Positions 20,180 through 28,589 of a DNA stretch of 63,718 nucleotides are shown here, one piece after another. Each line of letters starts with the position of its first letter. The first letter of the stretch is position 1. The stretch comes from an uncultured virus (IMG/VR IMGVR_UViG_3300029914_000006). Lineage: Duplodnaviria; Heunggongvirae; Uroviricota; Caudoviricetes. The notes below the pieces were generated by a model, which made no database searches, was not told where the DNA came from, and saw only the letters and a list, made by a program, of their open reading frames with translations. The DNA lies in the IMG/VR virus record IMGVR_UViG_3300029914_000006; one strand, given 5' to 3'. A program made the translations under genes and the position numbers.

Positions 20180-20420
20180 GCCTTTGCGCAGCAAGAGCTG
20201 CGGCACGGCGCTCTCGTCTGACTTGATGGGAACGGATAGCGAGACGGACGTAGTAGTCCGGCCCGTAATTGGCGAGGGTAGTGGTACCCCCCTCGGAGCC
20301 AATCTTAAGGAAGAAGGCTTTTCTCTCTTCGGCAGTAAGTCTTCCCAAGGTAACTTTTTTGGTTCCACGCGATTCGGCCTTCTTCTTGGGTGCTTTCGGT
20401 AGTGGCTTGGGTCTCGGCAT
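20163..20420 (-). CDS. Small basic protein with KGG-like stress motif
   Basis: IGSEGGTTTLANYGPDYY resembles KGG general stress repeat; ATG 7 nt after a TAGAAT -10 box. Confidence 0.55.
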   Translation of the reverse strand: MPRPKPLPKAPKKKAESRGTKKVTLGRLTAEERKAFFLKIGSEGGTTTLANYGPDYYVRLAIRSHQVRRERRAAALAAQRLGPSA

Positions 20421-20427
20421 AGTAGAG

Positions 20428-20492
20428 ATTCTACGACGGTCGCAAAAAAGTTGCAAGCGTTGTTGCAATTCGTGCAAGCGTTGGTGTATTGT
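20428..20492. promoter_or_regulatory. Divergent promoter pair with two TGCAAGCGTT boxes
   Basis: Leftward TTGCAA(20456-20451)-17-TAGAAT(20433-20428); rightward TTGCAA(20463-20468)-18-TATTGT(20487-20492); TGCAAGCGTT at 20452-20461 and 20473-20482. Confidence 0.6.
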
Positions 20493-20522
20493 TGGGTTGT
20501 TATTGAGGCAGTGGAGGAACGA

Positions 20523-21287
20523 ATGGAAATCAGAAAAATGCAGGCAGATGCGTGGGAAAACTCAGAGAAGCACGGCTTCCATAAGAGTATCCATATTCCT
20601 ACAGCACTGCTCCTGCTTATACAGGAAGCGACCGAAGCGTTTGACGAGATTCGCGACGGTAACGACCTGACGGTGAACCGCTACGAATTGAACGGAAAAC
20701 CTTCCGGTTTCCCTTCGGAGATTGCAGACATCGTGATTCGCGCAGGAGATATTGCCGGAACTGTCGGGTTTGATTTGGAAGCGGCGATCGCAGAGAAGAT
20801 GGCCTACAACCTGAAGCGTCCATTCATGCACGGACTAACCTGTAAAGGAAAGGATCAAATGCAGATTGAACTCAGCCCGGAAATGCGTGCGTCGGTGGAC
20901 TCTATCAAGGCGGAGTTGCGCAGCGGAGAAAGCCTCGTGACGCGCGGCAGGCAGACAGGAAAGACTCTCGCCCTTCTGGAATACATTCACGAGACGGTTG
21001 GCGGGGATGTAAACTTGATTGTATGTAACGGGATACAGGCTGATCTCATTGCGCGCAAATATAGAGAGATGTTTCCTGAAGACAAGCAGCCTCGCGTGCG
21101 CTCTATTTCCAACGCAGACGGAACGGATCTTATTGGCTCGGACAGAGGTTGGGCTACCGATGAAGTTTGGCCATCGGACGTAGTACGGAAGGCTTGGATT
21201 TACGAGACACAGACGTTCGTTGGCGGCGTCGGAACGCCGATGTGCGTGGATATGCACTCCACGAAGAATGAAGACTCTAACAGGTAA
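20523..21287 (+). CDS. MazG-like NTP pyrophosphohydrolase fused to a P-loop-like domain
   Basis: QEATEAFDE...SEIADIVIR...EKMAYNLKRPFMHG MazG-like pattern; second internal RBS+ATG at 20859 followed by RGRQTGKT. Confidence 0.7.
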   Translation: MEIRKMQADAWENSEKHGFHKSIHIPTALLLLIQEATEAFDEIRDGNDLTVNRYELNGKPSGFPSEIADIVIRAGDIAGTVGFDLEAAIAEKMAYNLKRPFMHGLTCKGKDQMQIELSPEMRASVDSIKAELRSGESLVTRGRQTGKTLALLEYIHETVGGDVNLIVCNGIQADLIARKYREMFPEDKQPRVRSISNADGTDLIGSDRGWATDEVWPSDVVRKAWIYETQTFVGGVGTPMCVDMHSTKNEDSNR

Positions 21288-21302
21288 GGAAGGAAAGCAA
21301 CA

Positions 21303-22259
21303 ATGGCAACAGCACTCCAGGTAGCACCGGCACGGCACGCGCTGATGACTCGATTTGCGGATAAGTTCGAGATCGACGCGGCCAATGTGATGTCCATCGT
21401 GGCATCGACCATCTTCAAGCAGGGAAAAGACGAGGCCCCGCTCACCGCAGACGAAGTTCACGCAGCAATCTTGGTTTGCAACCAGTACGATCTAAACCCT
21501 TTTCTCAAAGAGATTTACGCTTTCCGATCCAAGGGGAAGTTGCTGATCTATGTTTCCGTGGACGGATGGTGCAAGGTCATCAATCGGCAGGAAACGCTCG
21601 ACGGCATCGAGTTCGAGGAGCACTTCGACGACAAGGGAAAGATTTCGGGAGTGACCTGCAAGATCCACCGCAAGGACCGTCGCCTCCCCATCGTCGTCAC
21701 CGAGTATTGGTCGGAGTGCTCGCGTAACACAGACCCTTGGCAGAAGTCGCCGATCCGCATGACCCGGCACCGCGCTCTCGTTCAGTGTGCTCGCGTTGCG
21801 TTTTCGATTTCCGGCATCATGGACGAGGAAGAGGCGGAAAGCATCAAGGGCGGCACCGTGATGGCTGGTACGCCAAACGGCGCGCTGATCGAAGGCAACA
21901 CTCAGCAGGCACTCCCCGATCCAGAGCCTACCATCGGCAAGGAGAAGGCGACCGCCTGGTACAAAACGTACCGCTCGTCGGGCCACACCCCGGACGACTC
22001 GAAAGCCTACCTCAAGGCCGAGTTCGGAATCGAGGCGCCGCGCAATTCCGCAGACATTCCCGTCTCTGGCGAAGCCAAAGCCTTTGAGTGGGCCAACACG
22101 AAGGCTCCGGTCCGGCTGAAGGTGGACGAACTGTTCGAGTACCTTGGCTGGACGCATGAAGAGTGTGTTGCATTCGTGAACGAACACAAGGCGGATTGGG
22201 TGAAGATCGCGGAACTGGCGGGCGCGGAGTTGGACAAGCGCAATGCCGAAGAGAAATAA
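21303..22259 (+). CDS. bet: RecT/Bet-family single-strand annealing recombinase
   Basis: CNQYDLNPFLKEIYAF, VSVDGW, PWQKSPIRMTRHRALVQCARVAF are lambda Bet signature motifs. Confidence 0.88.
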   Translation: MATALQVAPARHALMTRFADKFEIDAANVMSIVASTIFKQGKDEAPLTADEVHAAILVCNQYDLNPFLKEIYAFRSKGKLLIYVSVDGWCKVINRQETLDGIEFEEHFDDKGKISGVTCKIHRKDRRLPIVVTEYWSECSRNTDPWQKSPIRMTRHRALVQCARVAFSISGIMDEEEAESIKGGTVMAGTPNGALIEGNTQQALPDPEPTIGKEKATAWYKTYRSSGHTPDDSKAYLKAEFGIEAPRNSADIPVSGEAKAFEWANTKAPVRLKVDELFEYLGWTHEECVAFVNEHKADWVKIAELAGAELDKRNAEEK

Positions 22260-22260
22260 C

Positions 22261-22404
22261 CAGTCTCGTTTGAGACTGTAGACATTCGCGCCTTCACCGG
22301 GGCGAATCAGCGCACGGGTCGGACTCCAGGGTTACGCCTTAGTTCGGGATTCTACTGCCGGCGGAGTCGGGAGCTAACAAGACCCCATCTCCGGCCCGAT
22401 GCGC
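22261..22404 (+). ncRNA. Candidate structured intergenic RNA / leader
   Basis: Hairpins CAGTCTC/GAGACTG and ATTCGC/GCGAAT, then long stem GCGCA-CGGGTCGGA/TCCGGCCCG-A-TGCGC enclosing GACTCC/GGAGTC. Confidence 0.4.
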
Positions 22405-22419
22405 GAGAAAGGGAAGAGC

Positions 22420-22623
22420 ATGAAAGCCTTCATTGTCGAAGTAATCCTTCCGGACTCATGGACCACAGTTGATACTATATGCGGAATAAACATCGGATTG
22501 CAGAAGCATTTCATCACGCAGAGTTTAGGCAGCGCACACGCAGAAGCGTTCCAGCGCAAACTGGATGACCCGCGCGGCATCAGAACGTCAACGACCGTCA
22601 TTGCGGAGTTGCCGCTAAGATGA
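22420..22623 (+). CDS. Hypothetical protein
   Basis: ATG after AAAGGGAAG. Confidence 0.45.
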   Translation: MKAFIVEVILPDSWTTVDTICGINIGLQKHFITQSLGSAHAEAFQRKLDDPRGIRTSTTVIAELPLR

Positions 22624-22713
22624 CCGCACCCGGCGCAATCGCAATCACCGTGATCATCATTGCTCTCGTCGGCTTCGGGCTGGCGGAGATACTGGAAAGG
22701 AAAGGTAAGAACC

Positions 22714-23028
22714 ATGGCAAAGACTCTAACAGTTGAAGCATTTGTCATCGAGGGCGCGGCAGGGCTGGACCCTGTGGCCGTGTTCTGGCAGGACGTTGAG
22801 CCCGGCAAGGGGCATGTGACCATTCACTGCTACGGCGAGGCTTGGACGGCCTGGTGGGGCGCGATGGGCGACCGGAGCATCAAGCAATTCTTCGCGCACG
22901 CCGACGACGGATATATCGTGAATCGTCTGACTGGCGCACAGTTCCAGAAGCACACTAAGGGGCACGAGCAGTACCTTACGCGCATCGTGCGTGCGATCAA
23001 GGATGATCTGAAGGCGGTGGCGGCATGA
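22714..23028 (+). CDS. Conserved phage hypothetical protein
   Basis: LDPVAVFWQD..GKGHVTIHCYGEAWTAWWGAMG, a recurrent phage early-gene family; RBS AAAGG. Confidence 0.65.
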   Translation: MAKTLTVEAFVIEGAAGLDPVAVFWQDVEPGKGHVTIHCYGEAWTAWWGAMGDRSIKQFFAHADDGYIVNRLTGAQFQKHTKGHEQYLTRIVRAIKDDLKAVAA

Positions 23029-23597
23029 GTGCAATCGAGCTCTGCAAACCAGATGGATCTACTAGCGGCGTGTTCTTCTGCGTCGAATGCCGTTGCGTCT
23101 ACGTGAGCAAGGAAATGGCGGAATGGTGCCATGGCGACCGACTGTGCGCTTGCGGGAAGAAAATTCAACGCGGATACCGTACCGAGCAGTGCGATCAGTG
23201 CAGTTCGGACGAGATGCACGCGGAAGAAGCAGTAAAAGAGGCTGCGCGGTTCGAGAAGGCCAAGAAGATCACCAATGCCGAGTACGACGACGGCATGGTG
23301 TATGACGGAGACAGGTACTTCACGGGAGTAGAAGATGCCCTGGAGCACTACGAGAGCAACGATGCGGACCCTCCGAAGTATCTGTGGGCCTGTACAAACG
23401 TCGGGCTACCGAAGGCGAGCGCAGAGAGCATCTACGATAACCTTCTCGAAGAGATGTGGGACGATGCCGACACTTCTGATCTGGATGGCGTGGAAGAGTT
23501 AGAAGCGGCGGTCGATGCGTTTAACAAGGCCAACGAGAGCGTAAGCCTGTGGCAGCCGGACTATAGTCTGGCAATCGTGATCGAGTCCAACGAATAG
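23025..23597 (+). CDS. Cys-rich/acidic hypothetical protein
   Basis: Coupled ATGA start; several CxxC motifs. Confidence 0.65.
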   Translation: MSAIELCKPDGSTSGVFFCVECRCVYVSKEMAEWCHGDRLCACGKKIQRGYRTEQCDQCSSDEMHAEEAVKEAARFEKAKKITNAEYDDGMVYDGDRYFTGVEDALEHYESNDADPPKYLWACTNVGLPKASAESIYDNLLEEMWDDADTSDLDGVEELEAAVDAFNKANESVSLWQPDYSLAIVIESNE

Positions 23598-23642
23598 CAA
23601 AAGTACCATTTTGGTGATTTTGGAGAGAAGGGGAGACGAGGA

Positions 23643-23933
23643 ATGAAGATCATCGGCAAAACAGCAAACGGCTATATCTTAGATGCGGACGGCAACGAAG
23701 TAGCCAACCTCTTGGGGTTCTACTCGAAGTACAACATGGACGACGCCCTGCGAATTGGAGACCGGATCAACGTCCATTCGATGTACGAGAGCCTGACGGC
23801 GATCGCCTCCAAAGAGAAGGAAATGGCAGAGGCGCGCAAGATCCTTCGTACTGTCGCCGACGCCCTCCAGTTGGTTGATCCTGTAATCCGCGAAGTGAGC
23901 GCGGCGGCTAGCGGAAAGGCGGTGGCGGAATGA
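23643..23933 (+). CDS. Hypothetical protein
   Basis: GAGGA RBS; coupled to next gene. Confidence 0.65.
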   Translation: MKIIGKTANGYILDADGNEVANLLGFYSKYNMDDALRIGDRINVHSMYESLTAIASKEKEMAEARKILRTVADALQLVDPVIREVSAAASGKAVAE

Positions 23934-24247
23934 GCGAAGCGAAACTGAAGCCCTGCCCGTTCTGCGGTCATGCAGCAAAGCATGACCTCTCTGATTTCGG
24001 GTCCGCGATGATCTACTGTGGCACACAGGACAGCGGAGAAGAGTGCCCAATTAACCCTGAGAGCGGATTCCATGACAGTATGGATACGGCGGCGTCCGCA
24101 TGGAATGCGCGCCCGGTCGAGGAAGCTCTGCTGGCCGCACTGAAGGCATGGAAAGAATACGAGTCAAGCATCGCGCCGTCTATGTCCTGGAATGAACTTG
24201 AGGCGCAGGTGGACGCGGCTATCGCCAAGGCGGAGGGCGACCAATGA
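23930..24247 (+). CDS. Lar-like restriction alleviation zinc-ribbon protein
   Basis: LKPCPFCG...C...CP...AASAWNAR Lar family pattern. Confidence 0.7.
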   Translation: MSEAKLKPCPFCGHAAKHDLSDFGSAMIYCGTQDSGEECPINPESGFHDSMDTAASAWNARPVEEALLAALKAWKEYESSIAPSMSWNELEAQVDAAIAKAEGDQ

Positions 24248-24639
24248 CCCCAGAGCAGCTACACATCCTCCAACACGCTCTCGGCTGCGACCAATACGGG
24301 CGCAACGATCATCCTGAAGTTCGCATCCCGAACCCGCCCTACTACCGCAACCACTTCTGCGCTGGCGGCAAGGACGAGGAGGTATGCAAGGAACTGGTGG
24401 CGCTCGGATATATGGAACGGCACGCGACGACCAAGTGGCTGCCCTACTTCAATTGCTCAGTGACCGACGCTGGCATCAAGGCTATGCGCGAAGCAAGCCT
24501 AGCGCCGCCGAAGCTATCCAAGGCCCAGCGCCGCTACCGCGAGTTCCTGAGCTCCAATGGATGTCTCGGAGAGACCTTCCGGGACTACCTGCGCACTATC
24601 CAGACGCCGTGGTACAAAGAGCATGGCGGTGTGCTGTGA
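24244..24639 (+). CDS. Phage hypothetical protein
   Basis: LHILQHALG..YRNHFCAG..LVALGYM family pattern; coupled overlaps. Confidence 0.65.
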   Translation: MTPEQLHILQHALGCDQYGRNDHPEVRIPNPPYYRNHFCAGGKDEEVCKELVALGYMERHATTKWLPYFNCSVTDAGIKAMREASLAPPKLSKAQRRYREFLSSNGCLGETFRDYLRTIQTPWYKEHGGVL

Positions 24640-25286
24640 GCAAGGTCAAGATCGACGGCGGTTGGTACGATGACGACAGGCACGAATATACGACCGATGC
24701 TGGCGTTCGAGTTCCGTCAATCACTCAGGTAATCAAGCTCGCCGGATTCTCCGATTTTAGTGGCATCGATCCGGCGGTACTTGAGAATGCGGCCCGGCGC
24801 GGCACAGAGGTTCACGCCCTAGCAGCAGCGTATAACCAGTTTGGCGAAGTTGATCCAGCATGGGTAAGTGAAGAGTGTGAGCCTTACTTCAACTCCTACA
24901 TGAAGTTCTTGGCGGAGAGCGGATACAAGCCGGATCCGCAGTGGACGGAAGTGCCGATTATCGCCAATGTATGCGGAATGCTGATAGGCGTCACGCCCGA
25001 CTCGCACGGCACCTTGGGGCGCTACAAGGCTGTCGTGGAACTGAAATGCACGGCGTCCAGGGAGCCTTACTGGTCGATCCAGACAGCGATTCAGGAGTGC
25101 GCCATCTACAAGTCGAATCGCTGTGGGCGAGTTCGGCGCCATGCCCTGATACTGAAGAAGGATGGCACGTACCGGCTGGGCGAGGAGTACACTGACCACG
25201 AGAACGATATGGCCGATGGCATCGCCGCGCTGCGGTGCGTGTGGTGGCGAATCAATCACGGTGAGAAAATTTGGGAGAAGGCATGA
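24636..25286 (+). CDS. PD-(D/E)XK exonuclease (likely partner of Bet)
   Basis: HEY..VPSITQVI, RGTEVH, GVTPD..VVELKCT, WSIQTAIQ; GTG start overlaps upstream stop. Confidence 0.75.
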   Translation: MSKVKIDGGWYDDDRHEYTTDAGVRVPSITQVIKLAGFSDFSGIDPAVLENAARRGTEVHALAAAYNQFGEVDPAWVSEECEPYFNSYMKFLAESGYKPDPQWTEVPIIANVCGMLIGVTPDSHGTLGRYKAVVELKCTASREPYWSIQTAIQECAIYKSNRCGRVRRHALILKKDGTYRLGEEYTDHENDMADGIAALRCVWWRINHGEKIWEKA

Positions 25287-25555
25287 GTATTGAACGACTC
25301 GAAAAATTAATGATCGACTCGACTGGACTCGGATACTACCAAGCCGATGACGCCTGTCCTAACGAAGCGGTATGCGAATACAGTAAGGCGCGTGCTCGTG
25401 AGGATTCTCTTCTGAATGCATTGATAGCTGCGTCTTCCGAAATAGAGATGCTGGTTGATTCCATAGAATCACTTTCTCCCGTGAGACTTATATCTTTCCG
25501 CAAATCAAATAATCGTCACATCGAAGTCATAAGCCAGATAAAGGCCACACGATGA
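25283..25555 (+). CDS. Hypothetical protein (lower GC)
   Basis: ATGA coupling on both sides. Confidence 0.5.
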   Translation: MSIERLEKLMIDSTGLGYYQADDACPNEAVCEYSKARAREDSLLNALIAASSEIEMLVDSIESLSPVRLISFRKSNNRHIEVISQIKATR

Positions 25556-25743
25556 TCATTCGCGACGGCAAGGATGCTGTCTGCCAGGAGTGCGGCTTGC
25601 TGATCAAGCGCACGCAGAGTGAGGACGGCAAGAGTTCGTTCATGCACCACATGCCGAACGTGCCTACGACACAGGCTGGCAAGGCCCAACTGGACGAGTT
25701 CTTCGGCAAGTGCCCGAATCTGGGCAAGGAGATGGAAGCGTGA
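25552..25743 (+). CDS. Small hypothetical protein
   Basis: Coupled; CQEC motif. Confidence 0.5.
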   Translation: MIIRDGKDAVCQECGLLIKRTQSEDGKSSFMHHMPNVPTTQAGKAQLDEFFGKCPNLGKEMEA

Positions 25744-26099
25744 GAACAACAGCAACTGAGGCAGAGATTAGCCGCAGCATCATGGATTATTTGGCGGCAG
25801 AACATGTGTTCGCGATCAGGATGAACTCGGGGACCCAGATTGTCGAGAGCCAGGGGAAGAAGAGGGCTATCCACATGCACGCGCCGGGGACTGCGGATAT
25901 CTTGGCGTTCGTGCGCGTAAATAAGCAGCACAGTAAGGAGAGTCAGTTCTGGCCAACCAAGGCTGTATGGCTAGAAGTGAAGACCGAAAAGGGCAAGCAG
26001 TCAAGCGTCCAGAAGTCATTTCAGGAGCAGGTCGAGTCCGAAGGGCATAAGTACGTCGTCGTCCGAAGCATCGACGATGTGATCGCGGCACTAAAATAG
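25740..26099 (+). CDS. VRR-NUC domain nuclease (Holliday junction resolvase-like)
   Basis: TEAEISRSIMDYL, PGTADI, WLEVKTEKGKQSSVQKSFQ, YVVVRSIDDV. Confidence 0.85.
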   Translation: MRTTATEAEISRSIMDYLAAEHVFAIRMNSGTQIVESQGKKRAIHMHAPGTADILAFVRVNKQHSKESQFWPTKAVWLEVKTEKGKQSSVQKSFQEQVESEGHKYVVVRSIDDVIAALK

Positions 26100-26100
26100 G

Positions 26101-26130
26101 TTGCACAACCCGCACTCGCAGAAGTACACT
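26101..26130 (+). promoter_or_regulatory. Putative sigma70 promoter
   Basis: TTGCAC-18 nt-TACACT upstream of RBS and ATG 26158. Confidence 0.4.
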
Positions 26131-26157
26131 GCAAGTGCAAGGAAAGGGAATCAAGGC

Positions 26158-27480
26158 ATGGAAAGCATATACTCCGCACTACAGCCCGTGACCAGCAGTA
26201 TGTTCAGTCGCTTCGGCTACCATGAAGAATCTTGGCAGCTCCTCTTCGAATTCAAGTCCACCAAAGAGATTCGGGCCTATCAGAACGTTTCGCCCGAAGT
26301 GGCAGACGAAGCAAAATTTGCAGAGTCTTTGGGGAAATTCTTTAACTCTCAGATCAAAGGCAATTCGGCGTGGACATTCGAAACCCTTGGTGCCGATCCG
26401 TCCGTGCTCCCGCCTGCGCCGAAGAAGGCCGAGGTCGAATGCGGACTGAGCGAAGAGGAGTTGGACTTCATCGCGCCGGTGGCAGAAACGCTCCTGACCA
26501 AGACCACCCTTACTGACGGCTCCAATTCTATGGAGAGGATGTCTCCCGAGTATGCCGCCGCCAAGTATCCGACCACCAAAGTTGTCATGGAGGACTCCGA
26601 CTGGCCAGAGGGGGAGAAAGATTACGTTGAGAAGGAATTGGATCGGCTCGCGCAGACAGCACTCACCACCCAGCCTGTCGGCGAAGTCATGGGCGCGTGG
26701 ACCGAGCCAGTGACAGCCGTTGATGCCCTGAGCCTCCTGCAAGAGCGCGAAGGCGAAATCAAGGCCATCATCGCTCAATGCAAGAACGACTCCGACAAGG
26801 CTCTCTCTATCAAGGTCACGACGCCGCAGACGCGCCTACAGGCCAGCGACGTACTCACCATCCTCACGGACCGCAAGGACACGACATTGGCCTTGCTGGA
26901 TCCGTTCCGCAAGATTTTGTACGATTCTTATACCTATGCCAATGACCTCAAGAAGAGCGCCATTGACCCCCTTGAGAACGCCGTGAAGAGCGTGAAGGCC
27001 CAGATCCTTACGTGGGACAGGGAGATGGAACGTCAGCGCCAGGAGGCGGTACGCAAGGCGCGGGAAGAGGCAGAGGCTGAATCGCGGCGACTGCAAGAAG
27101 AAGAGGCTGCGCGCATCAAGTTGGCTGATGTGAGTGACGCACTGGAAGATGGCGACACGGAGAAGGCGCAGACGCTATTCGATGCGCCTGTGGTCGTGCC
27201 TCACATTTACGTTCAGCCAACCTACATCGCCCCGTCCGCTCCGGTTATCGAGGGCCAGTCATCGCGCAGTAATTGGAAAGTCGTTGAGGATGAAATCTCG
27301 ATGATCGACTTTTTGCGCGCCGTGAAAAATGACAAGTTCCCCCTGGAGTCGGCGGCGCAACTTCTTAGCCCGAATCTGACGGAACTCAACCGGCTTGCCA
27401 AAGCCCTCAAGACCGCTTTCAACGTGCCCGGCATGAGGGCTGAAGATCAGGGCTCAATCTCGGTACGCCGCAAGAAATAA
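26158..27480 (+). CDS. KTSC domain fused to a coiled-coil phage protein
   Basis: N-term PVTSSMFSRFGY..LLFEFK..YQNVSPE..AESLGKFFNSQIKG (KTSC); C-term coiled coil ending LNRLAKALK..VPGMRA. Confidence 0.7.
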   Translation: MESIYSALQPVTSSMFSRFGYHEESWQLLFEFKSTKEIRAYQNVSPEVADEAKFAESLGKFFNSQIKGNSAWTFETLGADPSVLPPAPKKAEVECGLSEEELDFIAPVAETLLTKTTLTDGSNSMERMSPEYAAAKYPTTKVVMEDSDWPEGEKDYVEKELDRLAQTALTTQPVGEVMGAWTEPVTAVDALSLLQEREGEIKAIIAQCKNDSDKALSIKVTTPQTRLQASDVLTILTDRKDTTLALLDPFRKILYDSYTYANDLKKSAIDPLENAVKSVKAQILTWDREMERQRQEAVRKAREEAEAESRRLQEEEAARIKLADVSDALEDGDTEKAQTLFDAPVVVPHIYVQPTYIAPSAPVIEGQSSRSNWKVVEDEISMIDFLRAVKNDKFPLESAAQLLSPNLTELNRLAKALKTAFNVPGMRAEDQGSISVRRKK

Positions 27481-27501
27481 CTCAACAGGGAGAACGAATC
27501 A

Positions 27502-27747
27502 ATGCAAACAGGAACAGTCGTAACCTTTAGCCCAGAACGCGGGTTCGGATTTTTGGATGTAGGACCCGGCAAGCCCCAGATTTTCGTGCATTTCAGTTCT
27601 GTGAATTGCGAAGGGTACAAGAAGCTCGACAAGGGACAGCGCGTGCAGTTTGAAATGGGGATTGCTCCCAACGGCAAGCCGCAGGCAGTCAACGTGACAG
27701 TTATTGACCCAGAGAAAGCAGAGGATGAACAATGGAACAGGCTCTGA
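27502..27747 (+). CDS. Cold-shock domain protein
   Basis: TGTVVTFSPERGFGFL, IFVHFSSV, GQRVQFE, QAVNV (RNP1/RNP2). Confidence 0.9.
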   Translation: MQTGTVVTFSPERGFGFLDVGPGKPQIFVHFSSVNCEGYKKLDKGQRVQFEMGIAPNGKPQAVNVTVIDPEKAEDEQWNRL

Positions 27748-27947
27748 ATTTGAAAAGCAGCAGCAACATCAAGGGTGCAACATTCAACCCGGACGACCAG
27801 ACCATCACAATTTCCTTTCACAGTGGGCACCAAGGCCAATATTTGGGCTGCACGGAAGAGGACGCGCGGGACTTCGAGAACGCAGACAGCCCCGGCAAGC
27901 ACCTGCACGCGGTCATCAAGCCGCAGAGGCCGTACAAGCCGCTGTAA
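27732..27947 (+). CDS. KTSC domain protein
   Basis: SSNIKGATFNP..ITISFHSG..Y..FENADSPGKHLHAVIK. Confidence 0.8.
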   Translation: MEQALNLKSSSNIKGATFNPDDQTITISFHSGHQGQYLGCTEEDARDFENADSPGKHLHAVIKPQRPYKPL

Positions 27948-27973
27948 CGTCGTTGAATAGGCACTAGGGTGCC
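27943..27973 (+). repeat. Cassette L site, copy A
   Basis: TGTAACGT-CGTTGAATAGGCACT-AGGGTGCC; matches copies at 32283, 50838 (reverse), 63043. Confidence 0.8.
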
Positions 27974-27989
27974 TGATGGGAGGGATGAA

Positions 27990-28370
27990 ATGAGCAATTG
28001 TGGAGTTTGCCTGAGTTCAGGACATGACTTTGGCGACAACGATTTTGCGATGTATACAGCGACGTTCAAAACGCCGATGCAATGTTGTGAATGTGGTCGC
28101 ACCATTCCTGCGGGAGAACCGCATGAAAAAGCCCGTTTTCGAGAGGAAGCAGGAAGCTCAAAGTGGGCAACCAACCACACTTGCGCGGTCTGCGCTGAGA
28201 TTGCCTGGGCGTTCTTTTGCGACTCTCGGCGTTATGAATGCCTGTGGGATTACATCAACGATGATCTGTTCCCGAAGTTCTCGCAAAGCTGCTTGAACAA
28301 GTTGAAATCCCCAGAGGCAAAAGCGGAACTACAGCGCCGCTGGTTGTCCTGGAAAGGTCTCGCGGCGTAG
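27990..28370 (+). CDS. Cys-rich zinc-binding hypothetical protein (cassette A cargo)
   Basis: GGGAGGG RBS; CCECGRTIPAGEPHE..HTCAVC. Confidence 0.65.
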   Translation: MSNCGVCLSSGHDFGDNDFAMYTATFKTPMQCCECGRTIPAGEPHEKARFREEAGSSKWATNHTCAVCAEIAWAFFCDSRRYECLWDYINDDLFPKFSQSCLNKLKSPEAKAELQRRWLSWKGLAA

Positions 28371-28398
28371 GCACCGTAACGATACGGGCTACGACTCC
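28370..28398 (+). repeat. Cassette R site, copy A
   Basis: GGCACCGT-AACGATACGGGCT-ACGACTCC, overlapping last base of TAG stop. Confidence 0.7.
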
Positions 28399-28424
28399 AA
28401 CGCAAGAAAGAGAGGAACTAAGGA

Positions 28425-28550
28425 ATGGACTGGAAAGAGAAAACTGTTATTCGAATCCTGCTAGTGATAGCCCAATGGATCGCGCCGAATGAGTGGAAGA
28501 AGGACGTTGAAACGCTGGCCACACATATCAGCGTCAACACTCCGAAATAG
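28425..28550 (+). CDS. Small hypothetical protein (41 aa)
   Basis: AAGGA RBS; MDWKEKTVIRILLVIAQWIAP...TPK*. Confidence 0.4.
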   Translation: MDWKEKTVIRILLVIAQWIAPNEWKKDVETLATHISVNTPK

Positions 28551-28589
28551 AAGTCCAGGCGTGATCTACGATCTAAGGGAAGGTAAGCA

